Assembly (NCBI GenBank): GCA_002104945.1
Contig: MCFH01000007.1
Location: 930,001 to 994,000, forward strand
DNA length: 64,000 nt
DNA from: Piromyces finnis finn
Lineage: Eukaryota; Fungi; Neocallimastigomycota
Reading direction: 5' to 3'
The position numbers and the translations under genes are program-made. Below the pieces are notes generated by a model. It had not been told where the DNA came from and searched no databases. It saw only the letters and a program-made list of their open reading frames with translations. Below are positions 23,769 to 38,799 of this stretch, piece by piece (positions within the stretch are counted from its first letter, which is position 1; every line of letters starts with the position of its first letter).

Positions 23769-24266
23769 ATGGAATTTGTAGAATTATTTTTAAATCAAGA
23801 AGAAAAAATTAAAGAAATGTCAACTATGGCTAGTGAAATCGTAAAAGAACACTACGATCCTATCATTGGTCCAGCACAAAATGATTATATGATAAAGAAA
23901 TTCCAATCAGTTGCTTCGATAAAAGAACAACTTGAACATGGTTATCATTATTATTTCTTTAAAATTGATGGAAAAAATGTTGGATTTTTCGCTTTTTATC
24001 CAAAACCTGAGCAAAATATAATGTACCTCAGTAAATTTTATATTTATAAAGAAAAAAGAGGACAAGGTCTTTCTCACCATATGATAAATTTCATTGCTGA
24101 AGAAACAAAAAAGGCTGGCTTAAAAGCTATTGAACTTAATGTTAATAAAAACAATACTGCAAATCTTGCTTATGCTAAATTAGGTTTTAAAATTGATCGT
24201 ACAGAAAAGAATGATATTGGTAATGGCTTTTACATGGATGATTATGTTCAACGTTTAGATTTATAA
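23769..24266 (+). CDS. GNAT family N-acetyltransferase, bacterial type
   Basis: Intronless; EHYDPIIG..QNDYMIKKFQS, YLSKFYIYKEKRGQG (acetyl-CoA motif A), LNVNKNN, DIGNGFYMDDYV. Confidence 0.9.
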   Translation: MEFVELFLNQEEKIKEMSTMASEIVKEHYDPIIGPAQNDYMIKKFQSVASIKEQLEHGYHYYFFKIDGKNVGFFAFYPKPEQNIMYLSKFYIYKEKRGQGLSHHMINFIAEETKKAGLKAIELNVNKNNTANLAYAKLGFKIDRTEKNDIGNGFYMDDYVQRLDL

Positions 24267-24871
24267 GTCTTTTTTTTTAAAAAAAAAAAAAAATAAATAA
24301 ATAAATAAAAATGTAGAAATATAATAATAAAAAAAAAAGTTACACATATTTTTGAAATATACTAAAAGCAACAATAATAGTAAAAATGAATTAGTATAGT
24401 TTTATAATGAAATATCTTTCATCAAAAATTGAAAATTTTTAGTATACGTATATTCTTTACATATTTAATTTGTTTTATTATTAAGGTGTGTAAAAAAAAA
24501 TTATGGAAATATTGTAAATAAGAAAGAAAATTTTTTTGTGATATAAAAATAAAAATAAACAACAAGAATAAAAAAAGGTATTTTTTTTTATTCTAGTTAT
24601 TTTGTAAATAAAGAAAAAATAATTTTTATTTATTTTAAAATATTATAAAAATGATGTCGGTGGTTTATCTTTATACTATTAAAAAAAAAAAAAAAAAAAA
24701 AAAAAATCAAATAATCAATATCATTAATAAATAAATTAATGGGCATTTTAACAAAAAATTGGTTTTAATGCCTATTTCAAAGTTGTTATAATATATATAT
24801 AAAAATTAAAAAAATTAATAATTTTTATTTATTTATTTATTAATTTTTAAAATCATTATATTTAAAGTATC

Positions 24872-24902
<31 letters not shown>

Positions 24903-24912
24903 CTTTAAATAC

Positions 24913-27900
24913 TTACATAATTTTAAGTTTTTCTACCAAATTTACTAACTCATCTACAGTATAACCTAGTTTGGTACCACCATTTTCACCATTGGCAATT
25001 TTTTGCATGCTTTCTCGATCTAATTCTAAGAAACTTTCAATAATATCTCCATCAATGAAATTTAATGAATTGGCTTCATCACTGGCTAAATGAGTAGATC
25101 TCCAACTTTTTAAATATTAACATAAATAATATGTATTGATAAAAATTTAATAACTATTATATAATCAGTAATTATTACATTAATAATTAATACTTTACTT
25201 ATAATATGGAAATTCCCCAACATTATTAATAATTTTTAAAATATTTTGTTCAAAACTTTTTAATATGGTAAAGATATCCTCTTTTAATTGTGCAATAATA
25301 CCAATGGCTCCATCTGCTGTAATATAGATTAATTCGTCTTTGGTAATAGCATTACTTTCGGTTCTATCGGTAACTAATTTGGCTAAAATATTTTTTACCA
25401 TATAAAATAAAATGGTTGAAAAGAGAATAATATAATTATATTAATATTATTATTATTAGTGGTACTAGTAAAAATACATGCATAGATTTGTCGTTTTTAC
25501 CTTTTTTAATTTGATTAATACTAGATCCTAGATGGTATTCTCCAATTAAATTTAATTGTTTTTTCTCTAGAACTCCCTGAGGACTCTCATTCTTTTTAAG
25601 AATAAAGACATTTAAATTACTATCACTGCCTATGTATGTTTCTTCATCAATAAAACAAACACTACTGGTAAAACGGGTTGAAATATCAGAAGCAATTTCT
25701 TTAATTTCATTATTTTTTTCGTCATATTCGTAGAGAGTCAATGATTTCATAAAATCACCAATAGCTATTTGATTACCCATAGTAGAAATATTAATAGGTA
25801 AAATTTTTCCAGTTATAGGTCTACATAAATAGGTGAAATTAATATCACCTTCATCATTAATATCCCATTTATAAATATAAATCTTTATATATTAAAGAAT
25901 AATTAAAAAATTAAAGAAAAAAATTCGTTTTTATATATTAAATATTTATTGAAATTAAAAATAATATTTCTTTTTTTTTTTTTTTTTTACCATATTTCTT
26001 ATACTAGTCAATAAATGACCATTAAAATTACACATTTTCCATGGAGAACCGCTAATTTTTATAGAATGTTCTAATCTTAATTGTCGATTAACTGTTACAG
26101 AAAATAGTAAGATTCTCCCTGATTTTGACTCTTCTTCTTCTTCATTAACCTCTGAAGTACCAACAATATAATATTCTTGAGTACTATTTAAAAATTTCAT
26201 TGAAATTAAACTTTGTACATATTCATGTTGTTCCATAGTAAAACTATCCAATACTAAAATATTTAAATTTAAATTAATATTATTAAAATAAATTAAGTGT
26301 TAACTATCTATAATATAATGATGATGATTCTAAATATTGATTATATTATCTATCTATCCATTTAAATTTATACATATTATTTATAATTATTATTGTTATT
26401 TTTTTTTTAATTTTTATTATTATAATTTATACCTTCATAAGTTTTATCATCTAAAATTTTAAAGGAATGACTTTCCTTATATACTAAATTTTTAATGCAA
26501 ATAATACCTAAAGTCTTTGAAGATTCTTGATAACATACACGTCTTGGATGTTCTCCTAATCGAATAGTTTGAACATGTAATCTTTGAATTTCATTAATTG
26601 ATCCAATCAAAATATATTTGTTTGTTAGAATACAAAGAGCATCACCGAAATCAAAAGTATTAAATGAGCAAATATCTAAAATAGAATCCTGAAAAAAATA
26701 TAAATTTTTTATATTAAAAAATAATAAAAGGTTTAATTTTTAAAATAGCAATAAACTAGATAAATATAAAAAATATATATATATATTGAAATTTACATTC
26801 AGATTAACATTAGAAAAATTCAAATTATTATTACTACTATATATAATTGTAGGTTGATCTGAAGCTGCAAAGATATAGCTTTTATTATTATAATAAAATT
26901 GTCTTAAAGTAATAGGTTGAGTACCAAGTGAAAATTTTGATCTAAACTTTAAAGAATTATTTAAAGGATTTAAATAGTAGCATACTAATTGACCATCACC
27001 TATAATTTAACATATATTGAAATATAGAATTATGATTGTTGGATTTTAATAATATAGAGAAGAAAAACCAATATACTTTTTTAATTATTTTACATATGAA
27101 TAATGAATTATTCATACCTAATGAAACAAAAACATATATATTGTTATCTAATTTGGTGGTTATAACAGATCTTGGAATAAAATCTAATTACCCAATATAA
27201 TTATATTATTGTTGTTGTTAATATAGTATATAATGAAGAAGAAGAAGAAGAAAAAAAAAAAGGATTATTAATATAAAATATTTTGTTAATTAGTATATTT
27301 TAAAACCACAATAATAAATAGATAATAACCCCCTCCTAATTCATAGGTATCCAAAACTTTTAGGGTATTTAAGTTGACTATTTTTAAGGTAATTTCTTCC
27401 CAAAAACCAATACAACAAATATCAGAATATGTCAAGTTATTTGGATTAGTTGGAGTAATATCAAGACATGAAATTTCATTATCAAATACAAATACTCTAA
27501 ATAAAAAATAAAAAAAAAAAAAAAAAAAAAATTGATTAATCATAATATGATATTGTTTATATGAAAAATAATTTTTTTTAGTACTTTTTTATATTTAATT
27601 GATTATTTTCAAAAGTAAAATAAAAAAGCTCTTTTTCTATTGAAACAACAATTTGTGAGGGATTAATTGCAGATAAAGATATTTTCTTATTAGCTGGAGC
27701 ATCCCACTTGGATTGGATATTATAAAAACTATCATATAAGATTATTTTAGATGATGTAACCTGTAATATAATGTTCATACATATAATTATATATATATAA
27801 TCATTTAATAATTTAAAAAAAAAAAAATTAATGATTATTTACTTACTATTTCTATTAAATATATATATATATTAATTGAAAATTGTTATTACAATAATGA

Positions 27901-30543
27901 TATACCTGAACAATATTATTATCTAATATATTAGCCATCGCTATTGTAGTCTCTTCTTTTTCAAATGGTATATTTTGAGCCGGGGATAAATTATAATTAT
28001 TATATTGTAAGAATCTTGTGGCTTTATAATATGAAAGTACTACAAAAGAAACTTGCCTATTTTATTTATATATAATTATGTTGGTATTATTTAATGATTG
28101 AGGAATATATATATATATATATATAAATCATAATTTATAATTTTTAATATAAAAATAAATATTATCAATTCTAATATAGATTTGTGTATGAACAAAAATA
28201 TAATATTAGAAAATTAATCCAAAAGCATACTTTGAATTAAATGCAGTGGTTATTTGGAATATTCCTTTTAAACCTTCGATGGATAGTTTGGAAATTTCAT
28301 TAATACCAACACCAACCTTTACAATTCTTAAGGTACCATCTTTATATCCTCCAGAACATAAAACTAATTGGCTCTTTTATATTGATTTAATATAAAATAA
28401 ATTAATTTAAGAATTTAAATATAAGCCTTTCTAATAACTATAAAATGTTTTTTTTATTTCTCTTAGAAAAAAATAATTAATTAAAACTTACTTGACCATG
28501 TTTATCTATATCAACAACACAAAAATCTACAATAGGTGATAAATTCATCATTTCATCCACTACTGTAAAATAATTATTATTTACTTTTTCAGTTTGAAGT
28601 TTGATTAATTTTGAATCTCCAAAATGAGATCCAATAAATACATATCCACAATCAATATATGATATACAAGAAGGTACTGTAGTCTTTTTATTATATTATT
28701 AAGAAAATAAAAATTAAAATCTTGTTAGAAAAATAAACATTACTTATATTATTGCTGACTATAGTATCACAAGTTTTAATAATGATGATAATAATAATAA
28801 TAATTACATCTCCTATTTTTTCTACTTTCATTCCCAAAAATTTATTGGAATCGATAAATAGTACAAGTAAAAATATTTGACCAAGAGGATCTGATAAAAG
28901 AAATCTATAATCATCATCTTCTCCTATTCTCCCGTATCTATATTTATATTAATAATAATATAAAATATATAATATCATGCAAAAAAATAATAATAAGTAT
29001 TAAATCATTAAATAGGATGATATTAATATATTTAGTGAAATAATATATTATTTTTAATTTTCTTTTAATTGACAATCATTACTTTATTATTTCATCATGA
29101 ATTGGAATAGTATAAGAATTATTTAAATTATTATCGTAAAATGTTATACATTTTTCACCAATTATAAGTACACCACCTATTATTATATTTCGATAAATTA
29201 TATAAGAAGTATACGTATATATAAAATATTTTGTTTATGTTATAATAAAATTTGAAAAGAATATTAACAATGAATAACTATTTATATTGCTTTTATTTGC
29301 TCTTAGTTATTTTTCATTATTATTATTTATCTATTTATTTATTATATAAAAAGAAAATAATAATAATAATAATAATACTAGCCTATTGAATTTTTAAGTG
29401 GAATAATAATTTTCCCTCCATATTCAACTTCGGTACAATTCTTTGGACCATCGAGCTCCTTTTTATCAACTAAAATTTCATAGGTACATAAAAAACTATG
29501 TTCTTTTTCTCTTGATAATATAGCAAGTGTTGGTTTGTTGCAATTATGTAAAAATTGAATATCATGAACATCTAATTCTTTTATTCTTAATATACCCAAT
29601 ATATATATATAATATGAATTATTAATTTTTAAATTATGAGAAAAAATGAAATAAAATGATAATTTCATTTTAATAATTTTTGTATATATAACCAAAATAG
29701 ACATATATTAAATTATTATAACTTCATGGTATAAAAATAGAATATTGTCAGTACTTTAAATTAAAGGATTGGGTATCGTCTCTTCTAAATGATAAAGAAT
29801 TGTTATTACGATATTGTTGTAACATCTTTTGAATTGGAAGAATTTGAATAAGACCTTGGTATAAATGAAGAGCAATAACTCTTGAATTAGGATCAATACT
29901 ATATAACTGACCATTCTCTGATTCATTTTTTGTAATGTCATTTGCATTTCCATTAAATTCTGTGATGATACGTCCTCTTTCTGCGTCATATGAAAGTATA
30001 CAATATTGATTGGTTTCTGTAATCAAAAGTAATAAATCTGTATTATTATGCTTTTCACATGTAAAAAAAAGTTATGCATTTAGCGATAAAAATTTCATAA
30101 AAAAAAATAATTTATTATTAAGATGATTAAAAATTTAAAATTTAATTGTCATTTTATATATATAATAATATAATATAAAAATTTCTTTTTTATTCTTATT
30201 AAATATATAAGTCAATGAAAAGAAGTTATTTTTTATAATAAAATAATAATAGCATACTCTTTTCATTAATTGTATATATGAAATTCGACCATATACTCTT
30301 GAAGTAATTAAAGGTATTAATCCATTTTCATTAACATTATAAATTTCTAAGTAACAGATTTTACTTCATTTAAAGTTTTTATAATTAGTACAAACACTTT
30401 TTTTTCTTAGCTAGAATATAATTTGTTTAATATAATTTTGTTACGCACCTAATAATCAAACTTATTTGATTTAAACTTGTAAAATGTCCAGAAATAGCTT
30501 TATTTACTGAAGTCGCTTTCTGTGCAGATACAATATAAGACAT
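24913..30543 (-). CDS. DDB1: DNA damage-binding protein 1 (CUL4 adaptor), many exons
   Basis: Starts MSYIVSAQKATSVNKAISGHFT; DPNSRVIALHLYQG; DVHDIQFLHNCNKPTLAIL; LHVQTIRLGEHPRRVCYQE; GDFMKSLTL; GEYHLG; ends FIDGDIIESFLEL...LVEKLKIM*. Confidence 0.95.
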
Positions 30544-31737
30544 TTCAAAAATTTATATATGTAATGAAAAAAAATAAATAAATATAAAACTATAATTTGA
30601 ATTTTTTTCTATAGATTGAATTTCTAATTGAAATGTTTTTTTTTTTTTTAAAAAAAAAATACAAGTATATATTTATATAATATTATTCATTAGAATAAAA
30701 TATTTAAGAAGTTTATTCTAAGGAATTATATACAAGATACTAAAACCAAAAAAAATAACTATTGTTTATATATTGTTTTATTACTATTATTATTATTATT
30801 TATTTCTTTTTTCTTATTTTTACTATTTTTTTATTAACATTCTTATCAATAAAAAAAGAAGCACTTTTTTTTTAAATAAAAAATTGTTTATTTTTTCTTT
30901 TCCTAATAAACCATTAATATTTTATAATTTTTACAAAATTATAAAAAATTAAATTATTATTATATAAATTAAATAATTTTTCTTATTTGATGTATGATTA
31001 AACTCAAAAAATATGTATATATAATAATATGATAAGTCTTATTTTTAAAAATAAATAAGCATTTTCTTTATTATAAAATTAAATAATAATAACAAAAATG
31101 GAATATATTCAAATTTTAAATATACATTTTATTTTATAGAACATAGAAAATTTATTGTTTTTTAGATTGAAAATATCTCAATATTACAATATACATTAAA
31201 TATATTTTTAACTGAATTAATAAATAAATGATTGTTTTTATTATTATTTCGTGATAGTCAGGCAAATATGAATTTTTATGTGAGAAATAATTATTTGAAT
31301 ATATATTCACAGAGAAAGTTTGTTTGTTTTATTCTGTATTAGAGCTATAATATTAATATCCATTTCATTTTCTATTTGATATAAAAAATTCATTTTTCTT
31401 GTTTTAATTGATTTATTGCTTTTTCAAGATTATTATATTTTGTAAAAAAGTTTTCATTTTCCTTCAATATATTATCTGTTTCTATTCAATTTTAAATTTT
31501 AATTTGAAATAAATATATATATATATATAAACATTTAATGTGTATACATTTTTATTTAATTTAAATAAAAATAATATAATTTACTCATATTTGATTTCAA
31601 ATGAGAAAGAAGAGAAAAAAGTTCAAATGAAGCCATTCTAAATATATTATACCCTAATATTTTATTATATTTTTATATTTAAATATCTTTCTTGATGTTT
31701 TAGAATACAATATATAGTATATATATATAAAGAAATT

Positions 31738-31980
31738 TTATATACCTTCATAAAAATGATTATTTTCATTAAATGGTATTGAGGATTTTGAAGACAAAAA
31801 TTGATTGAAATTAATCCAAGAATTTTGAATGTCATTATTAACAATATTTCCTTTTGCTATACAATAATATGCACCACTTATTGAACTCCAACATGCTACT
31901 AAAAGGGAAGATGGTATATTTTCAATCCCTCCAAGAATATTTTCATTTGATAAATAAGTTATAACATTATACAATGTCAT
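31738..31980 (-). other. Coding-like exon of an unidentified gene or pseudogene
   Basis: Protein-like 80-aa segment (LLVACWSSISGAYYC) ending at a GT donor; the rest of the gene could not be assembled. Confidence 0.3.
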
Positions 31981-32972
31981 TAATATATTATTACTTATAG
32001 ATATAATATGATTGGTTTCATTGTTTAATTCTAATTTCTAGTAATGATAAAAATTAGATAAATAAAAATAATTATTTCATTTTATAAATTGACATAATTG
32101 TTAATATTTTTCATTATGATAATATATGCTTTTTTATTATAATTGACTACTTAAAATATATATATACATTTTATATATGTTATAATATAAAAACTTACTG
32201 AAGTTTTTTCCTTGTACAAAAATACTTTTTTAGAGTATTTTGTGTTTAAAGTATTAAGTTAAAAAAAATGATTAAAATAATACTTTTTTATAAATTAACT
32301 GATTATTTTCTCTTTACTGGGTATTATCTATAAATATATAATTATACATACTACGATTTTGGTGCTTTTTTGCAATTGAGATGATTTTTAAATTTTCTGA
32401 ATTACTCATCATTACTATTTTTCTAGAAATCACTTAATTGTAATGCTTATTATAATGATATGATTCCTCTATTATTCCATATATTTTTTTTTTCCTTAAA
32501 TCCTTATACAATGTTACTTTAAGTTTTATTGTGTAATAAAAATAAAAATTATCAATATCTTTTAATTAAAAATAAAACTTTATTTAATATAAAATATATA
32601 ATAAATATCAAACTATTGTTTTAATAATAAATATATAGATTTCTTTAATAAAATGTATGACGTATTAGGTATATATTAAAAAGAGTATTCCTCTAGTAGT
32701 TCCTTCCGAAAATAAACTTTAAATATATAAACCAGCATTTATGAAGATAAGAATATGAAAAAAATAAAATAAAATAAAAAATAGAAATAATAATTAAAAA
32801 CATTTCTAATTGAACAATAACATATCTGTCAAATAATAATAGTTTAACTAATTTTAATATATAATATTGAGAAAAGTAGTTATATATCACATTATATTCT
32901 TAATATTAACAATATCTTTTGTTTTATTTTGTTTATTGTTATAATAAAAAATTTATTAGATGATAATTTTCC

Positions 32973-33012
<40 letters not shown>

Positions 33013-33360
33013 TATTAATTTAATGTTAGTTCTTTTACTTATTTTTTTTTTTTTTTGTAATTATAAATCATGAATAATTTACAATTTAATATTATTATTT
33101 TATTAAAAAAAAAAATAAAATAAAATAAAAAATGTATGTTTGTATTACTGTAAAAAAAAATAATAATAATAATAAAAGATTTAGCTTAAATAAAAGCTTA
33201 ATATTAACTTTAATATCGATATATTATGTTAAACTTTTGATTTGCCTACATAAATTAATTTTGTTTTTATTTTTATTTTATTTTTTTAAAAAAAAATAAA
33301 AAAAAAAAAAAAGAGAGGGAGGGAGGGAGAATGTTTATTATACTTTTCATTGTAATAGAA

Positions 33361-35065
33361 TTAACTTCCAACATTTACACAATAATTATTAGAATTGGAA
33401 TTAGGTGGATCAGATAAAAATGGATTAACAATAGGTGAATTACTTGGAATTGCGCTATCATTGTTTTTTGATGGTATGGAAATATATTGTCTCATTGCAT
33501 ATCTTGCTGGAGCCACCGGTCTAAATAATACTAAAAGAATATTTTTAAAAACATTATCGGTAGTGAAATAGCTTTTATTGGTATTTGGTATATATTGTTC
33601 TTTTAATTGTTCATGAGTAGTAATATTTTTGCATATAAGATAAGTATGATATCCACTCATAAAAGTATTGAACCATCCAATTATGATGATAATGAAAGCT
33701 AAGACATATGGAACAGGATGTTCTGTTAAGCATGTCATTAAACTATCAAAGTTAACATTTAATCCTTTTTGTTTTATTTTACGATATATAAAATTAATTG
33801 ATCCAAAAAGAACAATAAAAGATAAAATAGTAGAACTACATATAAAGGCGTAAAAATAACGATAGTTTCTCTTCCCAATACAATTTGCTGTCCATGGACA
33901 ATGATGATCACAATTCTCCACGCAATTATCACAATAACAACAATGAAATGATCTAGGTGGTCTATATATTTTACAGGTATCACAAAATTTTTGACTAACA
34001 ATTCTGCCATTTACTACTATATTTCTCATTGAAGGTATAAATGATTTAGCAGGTGAAATAAATGGATAAGTTGAAGCAAGGGTATTCTGATTTTGATTTT
34101 TATTTAAATATGATGTTGAAGAATATGGGCTGTTCGTATCTTGATAACGAAGATTTGCTGAATTGCTATATGAACTTTCCGGCATTTCTAATGATGAGCT
34201 ACTGCTATTAAAATTAAGATGAACTTCATTTGGTAATGGTTCCAAATTTCTTGGTAAAATCTTTATTTAAATATCAATTAAAATATATACATTTAAATAT
34301 ATTCCATTAATAAAAAATATAAATAATACTAGAAAACTAGATTTTTTATTATTTTTTTCCAGAAATTTATTCAAATTATTTTCTTACCCCTGGATCAGTC
34401 CAACTTGTTTTCAATAATGATGCTGTACAAAAAATTGTAAGGTATGCAAAAATTATATAGAAGAACAAACTATTATATTCGGGCATACTAAATTTAAATA
34501 AAAATATAATAAATATTATTTAAAAAAAAAATATTTTCTCTATAAATAATAAACAATTTAACTATAATTTCTATCTATTTCCATATCCGGAATTTAGAAT
34601 TAAATAATACACTTACACAAATATCATAAATAATATACAAGGAACAGTAATTAAATTTGTCGATAAAAGAAATAAAATACTATCATTACCGGTAACAATT
34701 CTTCCATGTAAAAACATTTTTGATTTTCCTTCATAAAGTTTCCAACGTTTTATTTTTGGCTTTGAAGGTGCTAAATATTTAGTCTGCATTGATATTTGCT
34801 GTGAGAGTCTGGATAAACGCTTTGAACGTCTTTTGTCATTTGCCAATTTTGTTAACTTTGGCGATGGGGGAGGTGGTGTTGATACAACAGATGTACGTTT
34901 ACTACTATTTCCAGCAACATGTACATTTATATCACTGTTTGATTTTGGTATTGAATTTACTAAATTTTGTTTGTATATTTCTTCCATTTGTATATCTCCT
35001 TCGTATGATTCTTTATCAAGAGTATATTGACTTTCTTTTTTTAATAACGGTATTAATGAAGTCAT
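33361..35065 (-). CDS. ERF2: DHHC palmitoyltransferase, Erf2/ZDHHC9-like (3 exons)
   Basis: WKLYEGKSKMFLHGR; TSWTDPG|ILPRN; KFCDTCKIYRPPRSFHCCYCDNCVENCDHHCPWTANCIGKRNYRYF; NITTHE. Confidence 0.92.
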
Positions 35066-38000
35066 TTCAAAATTAAATTTACAAGTATTTTATAAATTTA
35101 ATAACAGTTATCTATATATGAGAATATATCTATAAATACTGTTTTATTTTTATTTTAGATTATTTTATTTTTTTTTTTCTGTTTTTTAATTTTCTTTTTT
35201 TATTTGCTTGTTTGTTTATTTTGTTTTATTCCCTTTTTATTGTACATTGGTAAATTAAATTTTAATTATTTATTTATTTATTTATTTTCTTTTTGACAGA
35301 AAAAAAAAAGGAGGTAAAAACACTATATGTATTTTTTATCTACTTTAAATTATATAAAAAAAATTATATTTTTATTACTATTATATTATATTGTGGTGTC
35401 CGCTTCTTATTTATTATATATTTTTAAAAGCTTTTGTATTGTACTTTATTTCTATTAATCACTTAATTTATTTAATTGCTTGAGTATAAAAAATTATTAT
35501 TGTTGTTGTTACTATTATTATTGCCACTATTATTTTATTAATAATTATTCCTTGTTAAATAAATCAAAATATTTGTTAAATAATATTTGAAAGTTGCCAA
35601 AATAATATTCACTTAATACTTGAAATTTTATATATATATCTTTACAATTACATATATTTGTTATTCAATTAAAAAGATATTCCGTTTCACTTTTAACTGA
35701 CAATATAGTATTATTATGGTTTTTGAATATAATTTTGTATATGATAATTTAATAACTAAAAATTCATATATTTAAATTTTTATTAGTTTGACAATGGCAC
35801 TAAAAGAAGAATACTATTATACGTTTTTCAAAATATATATTTCTAATAATATCTTATTAAAACATTATTAATAAAGTTAATAAAATAATATATTTTATTA
35901 TTAAGGCTATTTTTTAATTATATTTTTTTATAATTCAAAACATTAATTATGAATTTAATAATAATATAGTTATTATTAAACAACTATTCAAACAATTATT
36001 ATAAATTTTACTTTTTTTCTATATATTCAAAAATAAATAAATAGAAAAAAAAAATAAAAGTTAAGTGCCGTTTAAGTTTAATACTTTTAGTTTATTATTT
36101 AAACTTTTATAATAAACTAAAATGATTAAGACTTTAACCACTTTTTTTTTTTTTATTTTTGAAAAATATTTTTTTATATTCTTTATAAAAAATTAGTTAT
36201 TACCAATTAAACTTTTATTAGATAATATTAATATATATAAAAATTTATTAATATTTATTTTTTAATAATATTCTAATATATTGATAATATATTTAATGAT
36301 TATTAAAATTAATAAGAAAAAAAAAACATGATTTCATAAAAAGTCATGAATAATATATAATGAAAATTAAAAAAATGGTAAAGTTCTTTTTCTATTTTTC
36401 TGTTATTGCTGTTTTTTTTTTTTTTTTTTATTAATTTGCTATTTATTATAAAACTAAATATTTATAAAGTTAAATTATAAATATTTTTATTTATACTTTG
36501 ATATATAAAACTAAAATTCTCCGGATTTTATAATTTTCATTTAAAATAAAATATAACCTTTTTATTATAATATAATATAATTTGTTAATTATGATAGGAG
36601 ACAGTTATTTAATACAAATGAATTGATTTATCTATATTTGTATTTATACATTGATATTTATTAATAGATTTATTTGTATTATATTTCTATTCATTTAATT
36701 ATTAAATTATTAAAAAGTTTAATACTTAATATTACCAGTAAAATAAAGCGGATATAAAAATATATAATATTATTCCTTTATTTTTCTCCTTATAAAATTT
36801 GTATAATTACAAATAATGTTATTTAGTATTATTGAATATAATACCAAAAAAAAAAATAATAATAATAATTAAAAATAAACAATGTACATTACTTTATTAA
36901 TGCTTAACATCTAATAAATAACAAAGTGAATTTATACATTAATATACTTTATATATAGAATATCAATCTTTCAAATTAATGTAATATATTCAATTTTGTT
37001 TAAAATATGTAATGCTTATTCATACAATGGTGTAAAATTAATAATGATAATATATCACATTAATCTTAATTGTTTTTGTTGTTGTTGTTATTATTGCATT
37101 AAATAAAAAAAAAATTACTTTATGTCTATATTTTAAAAAAAAAAAAAAAAGTGTTACAAATGTTTAAATAATTTAATGAAATTATTTATATATAAAAATA
37201 TATAGAATTAAAATTATATTGTCACACCCTAAAATAGTTATTATTATAGGTTAAGAATCCATTTTACTATTAAAAAGTGAAAATTAAAAAAAAAAATATT
37301 GAAATGAAAGTGTAATAAGTAGTTTAAGTTTTTTTTTAAAAAAAAAAAAAAGAAAAAAAAAAGCATTATTTTCAAATAATTAATAAACTACTAAATTCTA
37401 ATACATATGTTTTAGGATTCTGATATATTATAATATTAAAATTATATATAACTAAAATGAATTTAAAAATCCATATAGAATCAAAAACTTTATAAAGTTT
37501 CTTTTTTTTTTAATTTTTTTTTTTTTTGTTTTCTTTTTTATGGTTTTTGGTTTAGTTAGTAAATTCTAAAAATAATTTTAAATGTTAATAATTAATTCAA
37601 AATTATAATAAATAACTTTTTATCATATCTGTACAAATATACTATTCTTTTATTATCAATTAAACATCTTTTCCTTTTTTTATTTATTTTTCTTTTTTTT
37701 TTTTTTTTTTTCTCATTATAATTTATTATATTTATTTAATTTTTATGACTATGTAATTATAGATATAATAAAGTATTAATATATATAACACATATATTTA
37801 AAAAAAATGAGAAACTGTAATATTTTAATAATCGGAAAATTGAGATAAAAAAAAAAGTCATTATATTTTAATAAATAAAATAAAATAAAATAAAATGAAT
37901 TATAATATTTTAACAAATGATAATGAATATACACCTTGGGCAATAATAACAAAATTAACACCTATACAAGAACTTGATGAAATTAAAAGTATCTTAGGTT

Positions 38001-38799
38001 CAAAACTAATAAGTGAAATTGAGGTTAATATTAATAGAATGATTATGTAATACTGTAATAATAATAAAAAATAAACCTTTATGGGGGTTTTCTTTTTTTT
38101 TTTTCTGATATGAAGAAAATAAAATGTAGACCAATTACCATATATCATATATTTAAATAATAAAAATTATATTGGATTATAAAATTCTTTGAAGAATGAA
38201 TACTTGATTATATTTTTATACATTTCAATTGTTTTAAATGGAAAATAAGAAATATTACTATTAATACGAACATCCCAACCTTTAAATAAACTATTATTAA
38301 TTTATACAAATAATAATTTATATAATGTTGAAATAGGATTTATATAATGAATGTTATTTGTTAGAAGAAATTCGTATAGAGTATAGAACAGAAACTGAGG
38401 AAGTTTATAATAAAAAGGTTTATTATTACTATTATTATATATTTATTATTTTATTCATAATACCCGTTAAAACCTTTTCATTATTATAATTTTTATTTTA
38501 ATTATTCCAAACATTATGTCATTAATTAATACCTGTTAATATTTATTATCATTTATAGACAACTGAATCCAAAGATTTTAATAGACTTATACATGGATCT
38601 TCCTTTCAAATTGCTATTTTTAAGGATAAAATCAAATTTCTAATAAATAATTTAAAAGAAGTAAATATTCTGCAAATACAAAACATAAAATTCCAAATAA
38701 CTATTACTTTTTTATTTTAAAAAAATATTAATTGCAATAATAATGATAATGAATAGATACAACAAAATAATTTAAAAAAAAATACTATACCAGAATCAA

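Noticed and set aside
36800-38350. Possible - strand multi-exon gene around 37900-38148
   Set aside because: A few exon-like pieces, but no consistent spliced frame or recognisable domain.
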